Assembly: GCA_964016885.1 (NCBI GenBank)
Contig: OZ024760.1
Span: 6,634,001-6,698,000, forward strand
Direction of reading: 5' to 3'
Origin: Eledone cirrhosa
Taxonomy: Eukaryota
Length of the DNA stretch: 64,000 nucleotides
The notes beneath the pieces are model-generated. The model searched no databases and was not told the origin of the DNA. It saw only the letters and a list, made by a program, of their open reading frames with translations. Numbering within the stretch: position 1 is the stretch's first letter; every line of letters starts with the position of its first letter. Position numbers and translations under genes: made by a program. This document shows, piece by piece, positions 27,751-42,359 of this stretch.

Positions 27751-28708
27751 GAACTCAACAATACCCTGAAACCAGATTATAATACCAACAAAATCTTCTT
27801 AACACCAGTTTTTTTTCATCCATCTTTGCTGCTATTTAGTTTTTATTTATTCGATATTTTTGTTGTTATTTTCATTATTTGTTGGGGTTTTTTCTTTGTT
27901 GTTGATGTTGTTGTTGTTGTATTTGTATTGTTGTTGTTGTATTTGTGTTGTTGCTGTTGTTGTATTCGTGTTGTTTTTGTTGTTATTTGTATTGTTGTTG
28001 TTGTTTGTGAAGTTGTTGTTTGTGTTGTTGTTGTTGTTGCCGTTGTTATTTATGTTATTATTTATGTTGTTTGTGTTGTTGTTGTTATTTATGTTGTTGT
28101 TGTTGTTGCGGTTGTTGTTGCAGCGGTTGTTGTTGTTGCTGTATTGTTTCTACCACATTCCATTGTGTCTTTCAAAACCTTTTCTTTCTCCTCAGTCAGT
28201 TGTTATCCCAGCTTTCACAATCCTGTTTTAAAGGGAAACCTATTTTTAAAATATATGTTGTATATAGAGCTGGAGTGTTGGGTGGTTTGTTGAATGGTTG
28301 GCTGGTGGGGTAGGTGGTTTGTTGAATGGTTGGCTGGTGGGGGTAGGTGGATGGTTGAATGGCTGGTTTGTTTGGTTCGGTGGGAGGATGATGGTTGAAT
28401 GGTTGGGTGGCTGGCTGGCTTTTTTTTAGTTCAGTGAGAAGATGATGGTTGAATGGTTGAATGGTTGGGTGGTGGGGTAGTTGGATGGTTGAATAGTTGA
28501 GTGGGTGGATGGTTAAATGGTTGGGTATGTGGGTAGTTGAATGGTTTGGAGGGTGGGTGGATAGTTAAATGGTTGGGTAAGTTGGATGGTGGGGTAGGTG
28601 GATGGTTTGGGTGGCTGGTGTTTTTAGTTCAGTGGTTGGATGATGGTTGAATGGTTAGGTGAATGGTTGGGGTGGATGGCTTATTTGGTTTGCTGCTAAT
28701 CCAAATAA

Positions 28709-28898
28709 TTGTTTTTTCTTTGGGCACAAAGCCAGCAATCAACCTCAGTGTATTACTGGTGCTTTATTTTATCAACCCCGTTGGGAATAAAGGCAAAACT
28801 AACCTTGACGGGATTTGAACTCAGGATGTAAAGGGCCATAACTCTATGCTGCAAAGCACGATGTCCGACGCTCTACCGATACTGCCAATCCACCACCC
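28709..28898 (-). mobile_element. SINE family B with ~15-bp target-site duplication
   Basis: tgctaatccaaataa at 28694-28708 and 28899-28913. Confidence 0.88.
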
Positions 28899-28970
28899 TG
28901 CTAATCCAAATAAAGACTTGTAGTTTACAAATTGATGGGAAATATATTACATTATGGCAGATATTTCCAA

Positions 28971-29556
28971 AACCCTTTAGCATTTAAACCGGTCATATCC
29001 GGTCAGAATTCTCACCTCTTTCTGTTCAAACTGGCCGTAACTGGTCAGTAACTGGCTGCTCATACTGATGTCAAGGTATTGTTCTCAAAATAAATAATAT
29101 AAAAATCTCATAGATTCAATATTATGTAAGATAATTATGTGAGGTAAAGGGTTAGATACTTCAATATACACCTGTATTGTGAATCACACTGTGTTAGTGT
29201 TACTGCTAAATATGTTGTTATAAACAGACAGGACAAGATGTTAGGTTTTAAACTGGCCATATGCGGCCAGAATTCTCTCACCTCTTTCAAACCGGCTGTA
29301 ACCTGTCACTCATACTGATGTTAAGGTATTGTTCTCAAAATAAATAAAATCAAGATCTCATAGCTTTGATATTATGTAAGATAATTATGTGAGGTAAAGC
29401 CTTTATCACAAAAATACACTAGTATATATATATAGTATATATATAGTATATATAGAGAGTAATGTAAATGTTATGTGAGATATTATGTGAGGTAAAGCCT
29501 TTACCATGAAAATACAATAGTATATATAGAGAGTAATGTAAATGTTAAAGGGTTAA
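28971..29556. mobile_element. piggyBac-like MITE with internal duplication
   Basis: aaccctttagcatt ... aatgttaaagggTTAA termini (CCC...GGG, TTAA on the right side). Confidence 0.55.
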
Positions 29557-29938
29557 GGAAAAGATGAGCTATCAATTCCAGAGTCAGACATAATGTACCT
29601 TGAGCTGATCGATAGCGAAACACTAGTCACGCTTGAATACCTTGTTCCTACTCCTTATTATTGTATAGATTATTAAATATACAGGATGTCCCCCCAAAAA
29701 ATTATTCATCATCATCATCATCATCATCATCATCGTTTAACGTCTATTTTCCATGCTAGCATGGGTTAGACGGGTTTGTCCCATTTAGAGGCAAGTTGGG
29801 GGCAGGTGACCGTGTCTCGCTCATATAGATTTCTACAGCTGGGTGACCTTCCTAACGCCAACCACATATACAGTGTGGATTACTGGGTGCTTTTTGCTGT
29901 GTCTCCTACACGACCAAATATATTATAGTATAGATTAT

Positions 29939-29969
<31 letters not shown>

Positions 29970-30376
29970 CATCATCATCATCATCATCATCATCTTCGTT
30001 TAACGTCCATTTTCCACACTAGCATGGGTTAGACGGGAGTTGTCCCACTTGAGGCAAGGCTGGTCGGGTGACCGTGTCTCGCTCATATAGGACTATCCGG
30101 TAGGTTTTCTACGGCTGGATGCCCTTCCTATGTATATATATATGTATATAATGTAGGAGGTGAGTTTTATTGTAGTACAATAAAGCAATGCAGATATCGG
30201 ATAAGAAGCACTCTACAGTTTGTGGGACTGGAGTATACATAATATATAAGAATATATAAAATACATGGAACTCCTTTAACCATCTTTTGTTCTTATATAT
30301 TATATATGTATATATATATATACATACACAGGGTCACTTTTTAAAAGGGTCTATTTATAAAACTGTTATATAATGT

Positions 30377-30439
30377 ATTTTGTCTGATGAAGGCATACCA
30401 TAATTTAACTTGGTATCCTTGAAATATATATAATGAAAT
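30377..30439 (+). ncRNA. type I hammerhead ribozyme in HH-A copy 30340-30480
   Basis: attttgt CTGATGA agg c atacca..tggtat cctt GAAA tatata TA atgaaat. Confidence 0.75.
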
Positions 30440-30479
30440 AAATATGGTTTTATAAATATAGTTTCCATTTATTAATATC

Positions 30480-30527
<48 letters not shown>

Positions 30528-30629
30528 CAGTTTAAAAAAAACCTAATGCCTGTCTCAACATGAGAGATAAAGGACTACTAAAAATAGCAATGAAGAAATT
30601 CCCTGGTTGTGGTAGAGTTAGGTAAATCA

Positions 30630-31740
30630 TTAGTGGTGGTGGTGGTGGTGGCGGCGGCAGGGGGGTGGGGGCGGTGGTGGTGGTGGTGGCCATGAGTGTG
30701 ACATATATATATATATATATCAGTCAGCAGGTGGTTGATTTGACGATGTGGGTGGTGATGGATATGGTGGAGATGATTGTTGTAGTGGTGGTGGTGGTGG
30801 TGGTGGTTAAAGTGGTTGATGAACTGATGGTGTTGGTGATTGATGAAGTGGTGGTGGTTGATTAAGTGAGGGTGGTGGTGGTGGTGGTGGTTGATGAAGT
30901 GGTGGTGGTGGTGGTGGTTGTGGTTGATGAAGTGATGGTGGTGGTGGTGGTTGATGAAGTGGTAGTGGTGGTGGTGGTGTTGGTGGTGGTGGTTGATGAA
31001 GTGATGGTGGTGGTGGTGGTGGTAGTGGTTGATGAAGTGATGGTGTTGGTGGTGGTGGTTGATGAAGTGGTAGTGTTGGTGGTGGTTGTGGTGGTGGTGG
31101 TTGATGAAGTGATGGTGGTGGTGGTGGTTGATGAAGTGGTAGTGGTGGTGGTGGTGGTGGTGGTGGTGGTTGATGAAGTGATGGTGTTGGTGGTGGTGGT
31201 GGTGGTAGTTGATGAAGTGGTAGTGGTGATGATGGTGGTGGTGGTGGTAGTGGTTGATGAAGTGATGGTGTTGGTGGTGGTGGTTGATGAAGTGGTGGTG
31301 GTGGTTGATGAAGTGGTAGTGTTGGTGTTGGTGGTGGTGGTGGTGGTTGATGAAGTGATGGTGGTGGTTGATGAAGTGTTGGTGGTGGTGGTGGTGGTTG
31401 ATGAAGTGGTGGTGGTGGTTGATGAAGTGTTGGTGGTGGTGGTGGTGGTTGATGAAGTGGTAGTGGTTGATGAAGTGATGGTGATGGTGGTTGATGAAGT
31501 GGTAGTGGTGATGATGGTGGTGGTTGATGAAGTGATGGTGTTGGTGTTGGTGGTGGTTGATGAAGTGGTAGTGTTGGTGGTGGTTGTGGTGGTAGTGGTT
31601 GATGAAGTGGTGGTGGTGGTTGATGAAGTGTTGGTGGTGGTGATGGTGGTTGATGAAGTGGTAGTGGTGATGATGGTGGTGGTTGATGAAGTGATGGTGT
31701 TGGTGTTGGTGGTGGTGGTGGTTGATGAAGTGGTAGTGGT
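30630..31740. repeat. (GGT)n-based compound repeat with a gttgatgaa motif
   Basis: direct reading; gives poly-His/poly-Val pseudo-ORFs. Confidence 0.9.
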
Positions 31741-31859
31741 CAGGACTAGCTTTCAATCAGCTTACAACCACTGTTCAACAACTGACTACAACACACCACA
31801 TGTGTATATATGGTGTTGTATATATAGGACTGTTTACTATTGATGTATATATAACATAT

Positions 31860-31893
<34 letters not shown>

Positions 31894-31957
31894 CACTGTG
31901 TGTATATATGGTGTTGTATATATAGGACTGTTTACTATTGATGTATATATAACATAT

Positions 31958-32011
<54 letters not shown>

Positions 32012-32176
32012 CACTGTGTGTATATATGGTGTTGTATATATATATATATATTTATATGGGACTGGTAACTTTACTACAGTGCAGTGCAGTACAACATATA
32101 TATACACACTGTGTGTATATATATATGGTGTTGTATATATAGGACTTGGCTTATGTACAACATAGTATAATATATA

Positions 32177-32222
<46 letters not shown>

Positions 32223-33786
32223 TATATATTATACTATGTTGTACATAATGTCATTTACTTAATCACATATATGTAAACATTGTCTTATATATATACACAT
32301 ATATACATACACACGTATGTACACACATATATATATATACACACACATATATACATACACACATATACATACACACATATATACACACATATATACACAC
32401 ATACATACACACACATATACACACACACATATATACATACACACATATATATACATACACACGTATACACACACATATATACACACATATATACATACAC
32501 ACATATACATACACACATATACACACATACATATATACACACATACATACACACACATATACATACACACATATATACATACACATATACACACACACAT
32601 ATATATATACACACATATATATACACACATATATTTATACATATGCACATATATACACACACATATACATACACACATATATACACATATACACACACAT
32701 ATATACACAGATACACAGATATACATACACACACGTATACACACATACACACATATACACACACACATATACATACACACATAATTTTGCTGGTTACACA
32801 AAATTTAATCTAATTTTTGTTGTCATCAAATTTTTTTTGAATTTTTGTCTTCAACATGCGGTTTCCCAAAAATCAATACCACAATCAGGTGTGTATATAA
32901 GTATGTATACATATATATATATGTGTGTAATATAGCTGTGTATGTCTGTGTTTCTATGTATGTGTGTATATATAAGCATCTATTTGTATATATATATATT
33001 TGTGTGTGTGTGTGTCTGTCTGTATATATATTTGTGTATGTTTGTGTATGTATGTATGTATATATGAGTATGTGTTTATATATATATATTTGTGCGTGTG
33101 TGTGTTTCTATGTATTTATAAATATGTTCGTGTATGTATGTATATATATGTATATGTATGTATGTATACATATGTTTGTGTATGTATGTATATATATAAG
33201 TATCTGTTTATATATATATATATTTGTATGTGTGTGTTTCTATGTATGTATATATGTTTGTGTATGTGTGTATGTATGTATATATATATATATGAGTATG
33301 TGTTTATATATATATATATGTGTGCGTGTGTGTGTATGTTTCTATGTATGTATACATGTTTGTGTATGTATGTATATATGTGTATGTATGTATGTATACA
33401 TATGTTTGTGTATGTATGTATGTATATATATGAGTATGTGTTTATATATATATATATTTGTATGTGTGTTTCTATGTATGTATATATGTTTGTGTATGTG
33501 TGTATGTATATATATATATGAGTGTTTTTATATATATATCTGTGTGTGTGTCTATGCATGTATATATGTTTGTGTATGTGTGTATGTATGTATACATATG
33601 AGTATGTGTTTATATATATATATATATTTGTGTGTGTCTGTATCTATGTATATGTGTATGTGTATATATATGTCTTTGTATGTGTAATTATATATGTATA
33701 TATATATATATGTATGTGTATGTATGTATGTGTATGTATATATGTATGTGTATGTATGTGTATGTATATATGTATGTGTGTATATA

Positions 33787-33825
<39 letters not shown>

Positions 33826-34899
33826 ATATATATATATATATCTATATATATATATATATATATGTGTATGTATGTATTTATGTGTATGTATATATGTATG
33901 TATGTGTATGTATATATGTATGTGTATGTATATATGTATGTGTGTATATATATATGTGTATGTATATATATGTATGTGTGTGTGTATATATCTGTCCGTG
34001 TGTATGTGTCACATTACTTTATTTTCTGTTATATTTATTTCCTTTGTTGTTGTTATTGTTGTTTAACCCCAGGTCAGTGAATGTCCACTGGTCCTATGGT
34101 GGTGGTGATTGCTGCTGTTGATGGTGTTGGTGGTGGTGATTGCTGCTGTTGATGGTGGTGGTGGTGGTGGCAGTGGTGGTGTTGTTTGTGATAGTGTTGG
34201 TGGTGGTGATGGTGTTGTTGGTGATGGCAGTGGTGGTGTTGTTTGTGATAGTGTTGTTGGTGGTGGTGGTGATTGCTGCTGTTGATGGTGGTGGTGGTGG
34301 TGGCAGTGGTGGTGTTGTTTGTGATAGTGTTGTTGATGGTGATGGTGTTGGTGATGAGAGTGTTGATGGTGGTGGTGGTGGTGGCAGTGGTGGTGTTGTT
34401 TGTGATAGTGTTGTTGGTGGTGATGGTGATGATAGTGTTGGTGGTGGTGGTGGTGGTGGTGGTGGTGGTGGTAATGATGATAGTGATGGTGGTGGTAACA
34501 GTAACTAGAGTAGAACATTTGTCAAATCAAACTGACCATAGGATGACCAATGATGAGTCAGTGTGGTGGTGATGGTGGTAGTAGAGATGTTGGTGGTGGT
34601 GGTGGTAGTGATAGAGGTGGTGGTGACTGTAATAAAGCATTTGTCACACCAACTGACCATAGGATGACCATAGATACCCCAGTGATGACTCAGTGATGAT
34701 AATCATGATTGTGATGATGATGATGGTGTGATGGTGATGATGATGATGATGATAATTGCGATGATGACGATGATGTTGATGATGATGATTATGATGATGA
34801 TGACGATGATGTTGATGATGATGATGTTTAACAGAACTAAAAATAGATTGTTAAAGCTGTTTTCTTCTTTTATATTTCAAAGTTGTGCTCAGAGTCCCT

Positions 34900-35936
34900 A
34901 CTCATACACACACACACACATACCTGTACAGACTCATACACACACATACCTATACAGACTCATACACACACACATACCTATACAGACTCATACACACACA
35001 CACACATACCTATACAGACTCATACACACACACATACCTATACAGACTCATACACACACACATACCTATACAGACTTATACACACACACACACACATACC
35101 TATACAGACTCACACTCATACACACACACACACACACACATACCTATACAGACTCATACACACACACACACACATACATACACGTACATACCTATACAGA
35201 CATATTCACACACACACACATACATACATATCTATACAGACTCACACATACATACATACATACCTATACAGACTCACACACACACATACATACCTATACA
35301 GACTCACACTCACACATACATACATACCTATACAGAATCACACTCACACATACATACATACCTATACAGACAGACTCACACTCACACATACATACATACC
35401 TATACAGACATATTCACACACACACACATACATACCTATACAGACATATTCACACACACACACACATACATACATACATACCTATACAGACATATTCACA
35501 CACACACACACATACATACCTATACAGACTCACACTCACACATACATACATACCTATACAGAATCACACTCACACATACATACATACCTATACAGACAGA
35601 CTCACACTCACACATACATACATACCTATACAGACATATTCACACACACACATACATACCTATACAGACATATTCACACACACACACACACACATACATA
35701 CATACATACCTATACAGACATATTCACACACACACACACATACATACCTATACAGACTCACACTCACACATACATACATACCTATACAGACATATTCACA
35801 CACACACATACATACACATACATACATACCTATACAGACATATTCACACACACACACATACATACATACCTATACAGACATATTCACACACACACACATA
35901 CATACACATACATACATACCTATACAGACATATTCT

Positions 35937-35960
<24 letters not shown>
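34900..35960. repeat. (CA)n compound minisatellite with a tacctatacagac core
   Basis: direct reading. Confidence 0.9.
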
Positions 35961-35985
<25 letters not shown>

Positions 35986-36048
35986 GGCCTCATTTGATAT
36001 TCTGTTATTTGTACATATATCTTCCAGTATGTTTCTTTCTGACAAGAA

Positions 36049-36089
<41 letters not shown>

Positions 36090-36172
36090 TTTCTTTATTG
36101 GCCACAAGGGCTGACAGTGATGATTCATCATATATGGAATGTATGTGTCACTTACTAGTGTGTATGTGTATA

Positions 36173-36229
<57 letters not shown>

Positions 36230-36511
36230 AATATGCATACACACATATATATATATATATGTGTGTGTAATATGCATACACATATATATATATGTTTGTG
36301 TGTAATATGCATATATATATATATATGTGTGCGTAATATGCATATATATATATATATATATGTTTGTGTGTAATATGCATATATATACATATATGTGTGT
36401 GTGTGTAATATGCATATATATATATATATATATATATATGCATATTACACACACACATATATATATATACGATATTAAACAAATGGAAACTATATTTATA
36501 AAACCATATTT

Positions 36512-36575
36512 ATTTCATTATACATATTTCGGGGATACCATATTAAAAATATGGCATGCCTTCGTCAGATAAAAT
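36512..36575 (-). ncRNA. type I hammerhead ribozyme in HH-A copy 36471-36760
   Basis: attttat CTGACGA agg c atgccatatt-ttt-aatatggtat cccc GAAA tatgta TA atgaaat; the core change is at the free N7 position. Confidence 0.8.
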
Positions 36576-36757
36576 ACAATATATAAACAGTTTTATAAAT
36601 AATTTTGACGTACCATAAATATGAGCGACCATTATGTAGGAAGCTGGTTTGGTAGTCTAGTTTAATATCGTATATCTACTCCAAAAACTTGTCGAGTGCT
36701 TTATATCTGTTATAAAATATTTACTTGTTGTAACCCAACAATTTTAAATAAAACTTT

Positions 36758-36807
<50 letters not shown>

Positions 36808-36880
36808 ATATTAATAAATGGAAACTATATTTATAAAACCATATTTATTTTATTATATATATTTCAAGGGCCACCAAGGC

Positions 36881-36934
<54 letters not shown>

Positions 36935-36937
<3 letters not shown>

Positions 36938-37810
36938 TAATTGTTTCTACTTTAGGCACACGGCCAGCAATTACCCAGTGTATTACTGGTACTTTATTTT
37001 ATCGACCCCGTAAGGATGAAAGGCAAAGTTAACCTCGGCGGGATTTGAACTCAGAATAGCAAGGGCCGTAACTCTATGCGTCAAAGCATGGCGTCCGACC
37101 CTCTACCAATACTGCCAATCCACCACCCTATATATATATATAATAATGCTTTCTTTATTAACCACAAGGGTTTACACAAGGGTTTACATAAAGTAGACAT
37201 TAAGGACAGTACAGGACGGTACAAATGGGCATTTCTGCGTGTAAAAAAAAACAAAAACAGAGGATGTAACAAAAAAAGAACAATGAAAAATTCCCCAATA
37301 GGGGGGAGACTTCCGAGGGCCATCGTGGAGAAAGCCCATTTCTACTTTTGACACAAGGCCAGCAATTACCCAGTGCATTACTGGTATTTTATTTAATCAA
37401 CCCCGTAAGGATGAAAGGCAAAGTTAATAATAATTGTTTCTACTTTTGGCACAAGGCCAGCAATTACCCACCCAGTGGATTACTGGTACTTTATTTTATC
37501 GACCCCGTAAGGATGAAAGGCAAAGTTAACCTCGGCGGGATTTGAACTCAAAATGGCAAGGGCCGTAACTCTATGCATCAAAGCATAGCGTCCGACCCTC
37601 TACCGATACTGCCAAATAATAATTGTTTCTACTTTAGGCACAAGGCCAGCAATTACCCAGTGCATTACTGGTACTTTATTTCATCGACCCCGTAAGGATG
37701 AAAGGCAAAGTCAACCTCGGCGGGATTTGAACTCAGATCGTATTGGCACAAGGCCAGCAATTTTGGGGGAGGAGGGGAAAGTCAATTAAATTGACCCCGG
37801 TGTGTTACTA
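36935..37810 (-). mobile_element. cluster of SINE B copies with a LINE-like 3' tail fragment
   Basis: repeated ggcacaaggccagcaattacccagtg blocks. Confidence 0.85.
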
Positions 37811-37816
37811 GTTCTT

Positions 37817-38015
37817 CTTTGAGACTCTGATAAGGGCCAGGAGCACTGCCATTCCTGTCCCCCACCCTCCCACTAATCTTTGAGACCCTGATAAGGGCCA
37901 GGAGCACTGCCATTCCTGTCCCCTACCCTCCCACTAATCTTTGAGACCCTGATAAGGGCCAGGAGCACTGCCATTCCTGTCCCCTACCCTCCCACTAATC
38001 TTTGAGACCCTGATA
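37817..38015. repeat. 61-bp tandem repeat (~3.3 copies)
   Basis: gaga at 37821, 37882, 37943, 38004. Confidence 0.9.
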
Positions 38016-38142
38016 ATGAGCAGTGCTCTGCTCCCCTTCATTAACCTTTAGCACAAGGCTGGCCCTTTGAATAACAACCATAATTAATCTTTAGGAGGCT
38101 GAATTTGTTTATGAATTACTTCCCTTGACACTGTATCATGTA

Positions 38143-38337
38143 TTACGGGGACGTTAAACACTCCTTCCAGCAGGTCCTGTCAGAAGCAACCTTCTCCAAC
38201 TGATCCGACTGGTCCCCAGCCAAGCTCATGGATGTTATCCATCCATCTTGGGGTCCACTCCCGGGTCTCCTACCAGTTGGTTTTGCCCATAAAATCTCTC
38301 CACTGATTATTTCCGGAGTCATTCTAACCACATTCTA
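38143..38337 (-). mobile_element. RTE-clade LINE ORF C-terminal remnant
   Basis: VRM...ILWAKPTGRRP..P...W...DRTCW resembles the RTE C-terminal G.R..GRP..W...DR..W motif. Confidence 0.7.
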
Positions 38338-38359
38338 ACCATTTCAATATTGTATTCAT

Positions 38360-38866
38360 TTGTTTATTTTATTTATTTATTATTCTATTAACTATTTTAT
38401 TTATATATTTAATATTTTATTTATTTATTTATTATTCTATTAAATATTTTATTTATATATTTAATATTTTATTTTATTTATTTATTATTCTATTAACTAT
38501 TTTATTTATATATTTAATATTTTATTTATTTATTTATTATTCTATTAACTATTTTATTTATATATTTAATATTTTATTTATTTATTTATTATTCTATTAA
38601 CTATTTTATTTATATATTTAATATTTTATTTATTTATTTATTATTCTATTAACTATTTTATTTATATATTTAATATTTTATTTATTTATTTATTATTCTA
38701 TTAAATATTTTATTTATATATTTAATATTTTATTTATTTATTTATTATTCTATTAAATATTTTATTTATATATTTAATATTTTATTTATTTATTTATTAT
38801 TCTATAAATATTTTATTTATATATTTGATATTTTATTTATATATTTAATATTTTATTTATTTATTT
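38360..38866. repeat. ~52-bp AT-rich minisatellite directly upstream of a splice acceptor
   Basis: ttctat at 38383, 38435, 38488, 38540. Confidence 0.9.
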
Positions 38867-38869
38867 CAG

Positions 38870-38917
38870 ACTGGGGATAATATAACGTGGGAGACTCATA
38901 AAGTGACCCTCACAAAG
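38870..38917 (+). CDS. TJP1: internal coding exon of a ZO-1/TJP/polychaetoid-like MAGUK (start of PDZ1)
   Basis: tttcag| 48 nt |gtgagt, phase 0/0, TGDNITWETHKVTLTK versus recalled human ZO-1 EETAIWEQHTVTLHR. Confidence 0.65.
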
Positions 38918-39033
38918 GTGAGTTTTTACTTTCAGCCTTTCAATTTTTTCACAACACCAAACTAAATACATATCATCATCATCATCATTTTATATATATC
39001 TATATATATATATATATATATGTGTATATATGA

Positions 39034-39077
<44 letters not shown>

Positions 39078-39081
<4 letters not shown>

Positions 39082-39397
39082 CTATCATCTCATTTCTACA
39101 GCTGAGTAAACTGGAGCAATGTGAAATAAAGTGTGTTGTTTCCTTGAGCAAGACACTTTATTTCATATTGCTCCAGTTTGCTCAGCTGTAGAAATGAGAT
39201 GATAGGACTGGGGTCCCTATCATTCCACTGCAAAGTGGTCGTGGAAGTGCCACGGCAAAAAATCACCCATCCCATACTGTAAAGTGGACATGGAGATGTC
39301 ATGGAAAAAAAAAAAAAGCACCCAGCACTCACTGTAAATGAGGTTGGTGTTAGGAAGGGCATCCAGCTGTAGAAATCAAGCCAGAATCAGTTCCCGT
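39078..39397 (+). mobile_element. SINE A with its head replaced by an inverted internal segment
   Basis: 39078-39136 is the reverse complement of ~39152-39208. Confidence 0.8.
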
Positions 39398-39739
39398 ATG
39401 AGCAAGACAAGGTCAGCCGACCGGACACTGCCCACAACAGGACAACCCGTCTAACCCATGCTAGTGTGGAAGATCGGATGAGAGAAAAAAGAAAAGAAAA
39501 AAAAAATATATATATATATGTGTGTGTATGTATATATATATACAATATATATATATATATATATATATACCATCATTATCATCATCAATATCCATCCTCC
39601 ACGCTAGCATGGGTTAGACAGGTCCTATTGAGAGGCAAGTTGGGTCGCCTGACCGTGTCTCGCTCATATAGGCGTGTTTCTGGCTAGTTTTCTTGTGGAC
39701 TGGGGGAAGAGGCTTGGGGGGTGGCACACTGTACATATG

Positions 39740-40050
39740 CTTCAGCTTGTACTCGTGGGAAGTTGGGTGATCTGTATTACCGCATATCAGCAGAGATCCC
39801 AGTCATGTGTCATCTCGTCTGAGAGGTACAATTGGGGCAAGTTGGCTTTTATCACCTCATCCCAGGTCTTCCTGGGTCTCCCCACTCCAAGGTGGGACGG
39901 GTCCTCTTTAGCACAACACCCATTCGTCACAGTGCCTCGTCATCTCCTCTGTGAGCTTCAACAATCTGAGGTCAGCTCTCATCACCTCCGCCCATGTTTT
40001 TCGTGGTCTTCCTCTGCTGCGTCTTCCTTCCACCGGGATTTCTTGGCACT
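39740..40050 (-). mobile_element. two RTE LINE C-terminal fragments
   Basis: GRPRKTWDEVIKA and VEGRRSRGRPRK/TWAEVMRADL (frameshifted). Confidence 0.75.
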
Positions 40051-40396
40051 GTATTTTATCATTTATATTTTATATCTCACTGTTAAATTTCTGACATATG
40101 ATTGTTTATTTCTATCTATGTGTATACATGTATATATTATACATAACATCATCATCATCATCGTCATCATCATCATCATCATCATCATCACTGTTTAACA
40201 TCCATTTTCTACACTAGCATCAAAATGAAGTTATTTCAGTTATATTACAGCATAAACATCTCAATGCTTATACAAGCCAAAAACCATATTTTATAGAAGT
40301 TCATTTACACAAATTATATTTAAGTATAATAATATATAAAATATCAAAACTTAGCTTCGTAAGCAAAGAATACACACACACACACACATACACATC

Positions 40397-40744
40397 ATCA
40401 TCATCATCATCATCATTTCATTTTACGTCCGCTTTTCCCTGCTTCCAAGGGTGGGACGGGAACTGATTCTGGCTTGATTTCTACAGCTGGATGCCCTTCC
40501 TAACACCAACTTCATTTACAGTGAGTGCTGGGTGCTTTTTGCCATGGCACCTCCACGACCACTTTGCAGTGGAATGATATGGACCCCAGTCCTTATCATC
40601 TCATTTCTACAGCTGAGTAAACTGGAGCAATGTGAAATAAAGTGTCTTGCTCAAGGACACAACACATCACCCGGTCTGAGAATTGAACTCACAGCATTTC
40701 GATTGCAAGGCCAATGCTCTAACCACTAAGCCATGTGCCTCCAT
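40397..40744 (-). mobile_element. SINE family A
   Basis: full-length copy; inverted relative to 41043-41380. Confidence 0.9.
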
Positions 40745-40757
40745 ATATATATATATA

Positions 40758-40991
40758 TTTAATTATATAATAAACAGCACAATATAATTATTCCATTACC
40801 CAAGGTTTTATGAAGTTAGACCATTCTAACAGAAGCGTCTGAATTCGTTCATCAGAAGGAATCTTTATTTGGATACCAAATGACCAAATACTTCTGATGA
40901 ACGAATTCAGACGCTTTTGTTAGAATTGTCTAACTTCATAAAACCTTGGGTAATGGAATAATTATATTGTGTTGTTTATTATATAATTAAA
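40758..40991. mobile_element. 234-bp palindromic HH-B element with degenerate hammerheads
   Basis: arms ~100 bp; CTGATGA acgaa..ttcat AAAA ccttggg TA atggaat; left-arm stem I attcctt/atggaat. Confidence 0.75.
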
Positions 40992-41042
40992 TATATATAT
41001 ATATGTGTATATGTATATTATATATATTAAATATATATATAA

Positions 41043-41380
41043 TGGAGGCACATGGCTTAGTGGTTAGAGCATTGGGCTTGCAATCGAAAGGTTGTGAGTT
41101 CAATTCTCAGACCGGGTGATGTGTTGTTTCCTTGAGCAAGACACTTTATTTCACATTGCTCCAGTTTACTCAGCTGTAGAAATGAGATGATAGGGACTGG
41201 GGTCCATATCATTCCACTGCAAAGTGGTCGTGGAGGTGCCACAGCAAAAAAGCACCCAGCACTCACTGTAAATGAGGTTGGTGTTAGGAAGGGCATCCAG
41301 CTGTAGAAATCAAGCCAGAATCAGTTCCCGTCCCACCCTTGCAAGCAGGGAAAAAGCGGACGTATGAGGAAATGATGATG
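41043..41380 (+). mobile_element. SINE family A
   Basis: full-length copy. Confidence 0.9.
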
Positions 41381-41707
41381 TGTATAAGTATATTACATAG
41401 TTAAATAGCTCTGTACTACATATAGAGCATTCTTCTTTCCTTTACCTTTTCTACGGAAATACTTAACATATATGCATTGTTGCATAATATATGCAGACAG
41501 AGGGTGCAGTGCACCCTACTGCTGCATTAAGTGTGGCCGAAACTCGAGTCCGGGATCTACTATAGGCACACGTTTGACGTGTGTTGTATTGAAGCGAATA
41601 ACTATGTGTATACTCTGGGAATGTATCCTACATTACCTATTGAGTGCGCTGAGATACAACCGGTCCTGGCATTGATACATATGCTGGGTCCGTCAACTCC
41701 TTATTAT

Positions 41708-41773
<66 letters not shown>

Positions 41774-41862
41774 TACGTAAAAAGTAAACAGATTAACAAC
41801 ACAATCAGTACAGTATATGGAAGGTATATATTAGGTTAACACTTCATATAGCAGGAAGTGGG

Positions 41863-41896
41863 TCTAAACGTTTCGGACGCTAGTCCTTCATCAGAA
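41863..41896 (-). ncRNA. minimal hammerhead motif of the Penelope type (family HH-D)
   Basis: CTGATGA a GGAC-tagc-GTCC GAAACGTTT; palindromic stem III, weak stem I. Confidence 0.7.
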
Positions 41897-42256
41897 GAAA
41901 GAATGAGAAATAAAATAGATTGAGGGGACGGGCAGGTTGGAAATGTATGGTAATGTATGGTAATGTATGGTCCCGTAACTCCTGATAGAGTCGTAGGGGT
42001 GCCATATTGACATACAGCATTTCTTGGGCATTTTAAGCCTGGTGGAGCCCTTCCCCTCTCCAGGCCGGAGTACAGCAGATTTCTTCCAGAGAGAGGAAGA
42101 ATCGGCCCCAGTACTAGACTGGTACTTTTTTTTATCAACCTTGAAAGGATGAAAGGCAAAGTTGACCTCGGCGGGATTTGAACTCAGAAAGCAAAGAGTT
42201 GGAATGAATAACAAAGCATTCTATCCGACATTCTAACGACTCTGCACATTTTGTCG

Positions 42257-42345
<89 letters not shown>

Positions 42346-42359
42346 AAATGAAAATAGAA

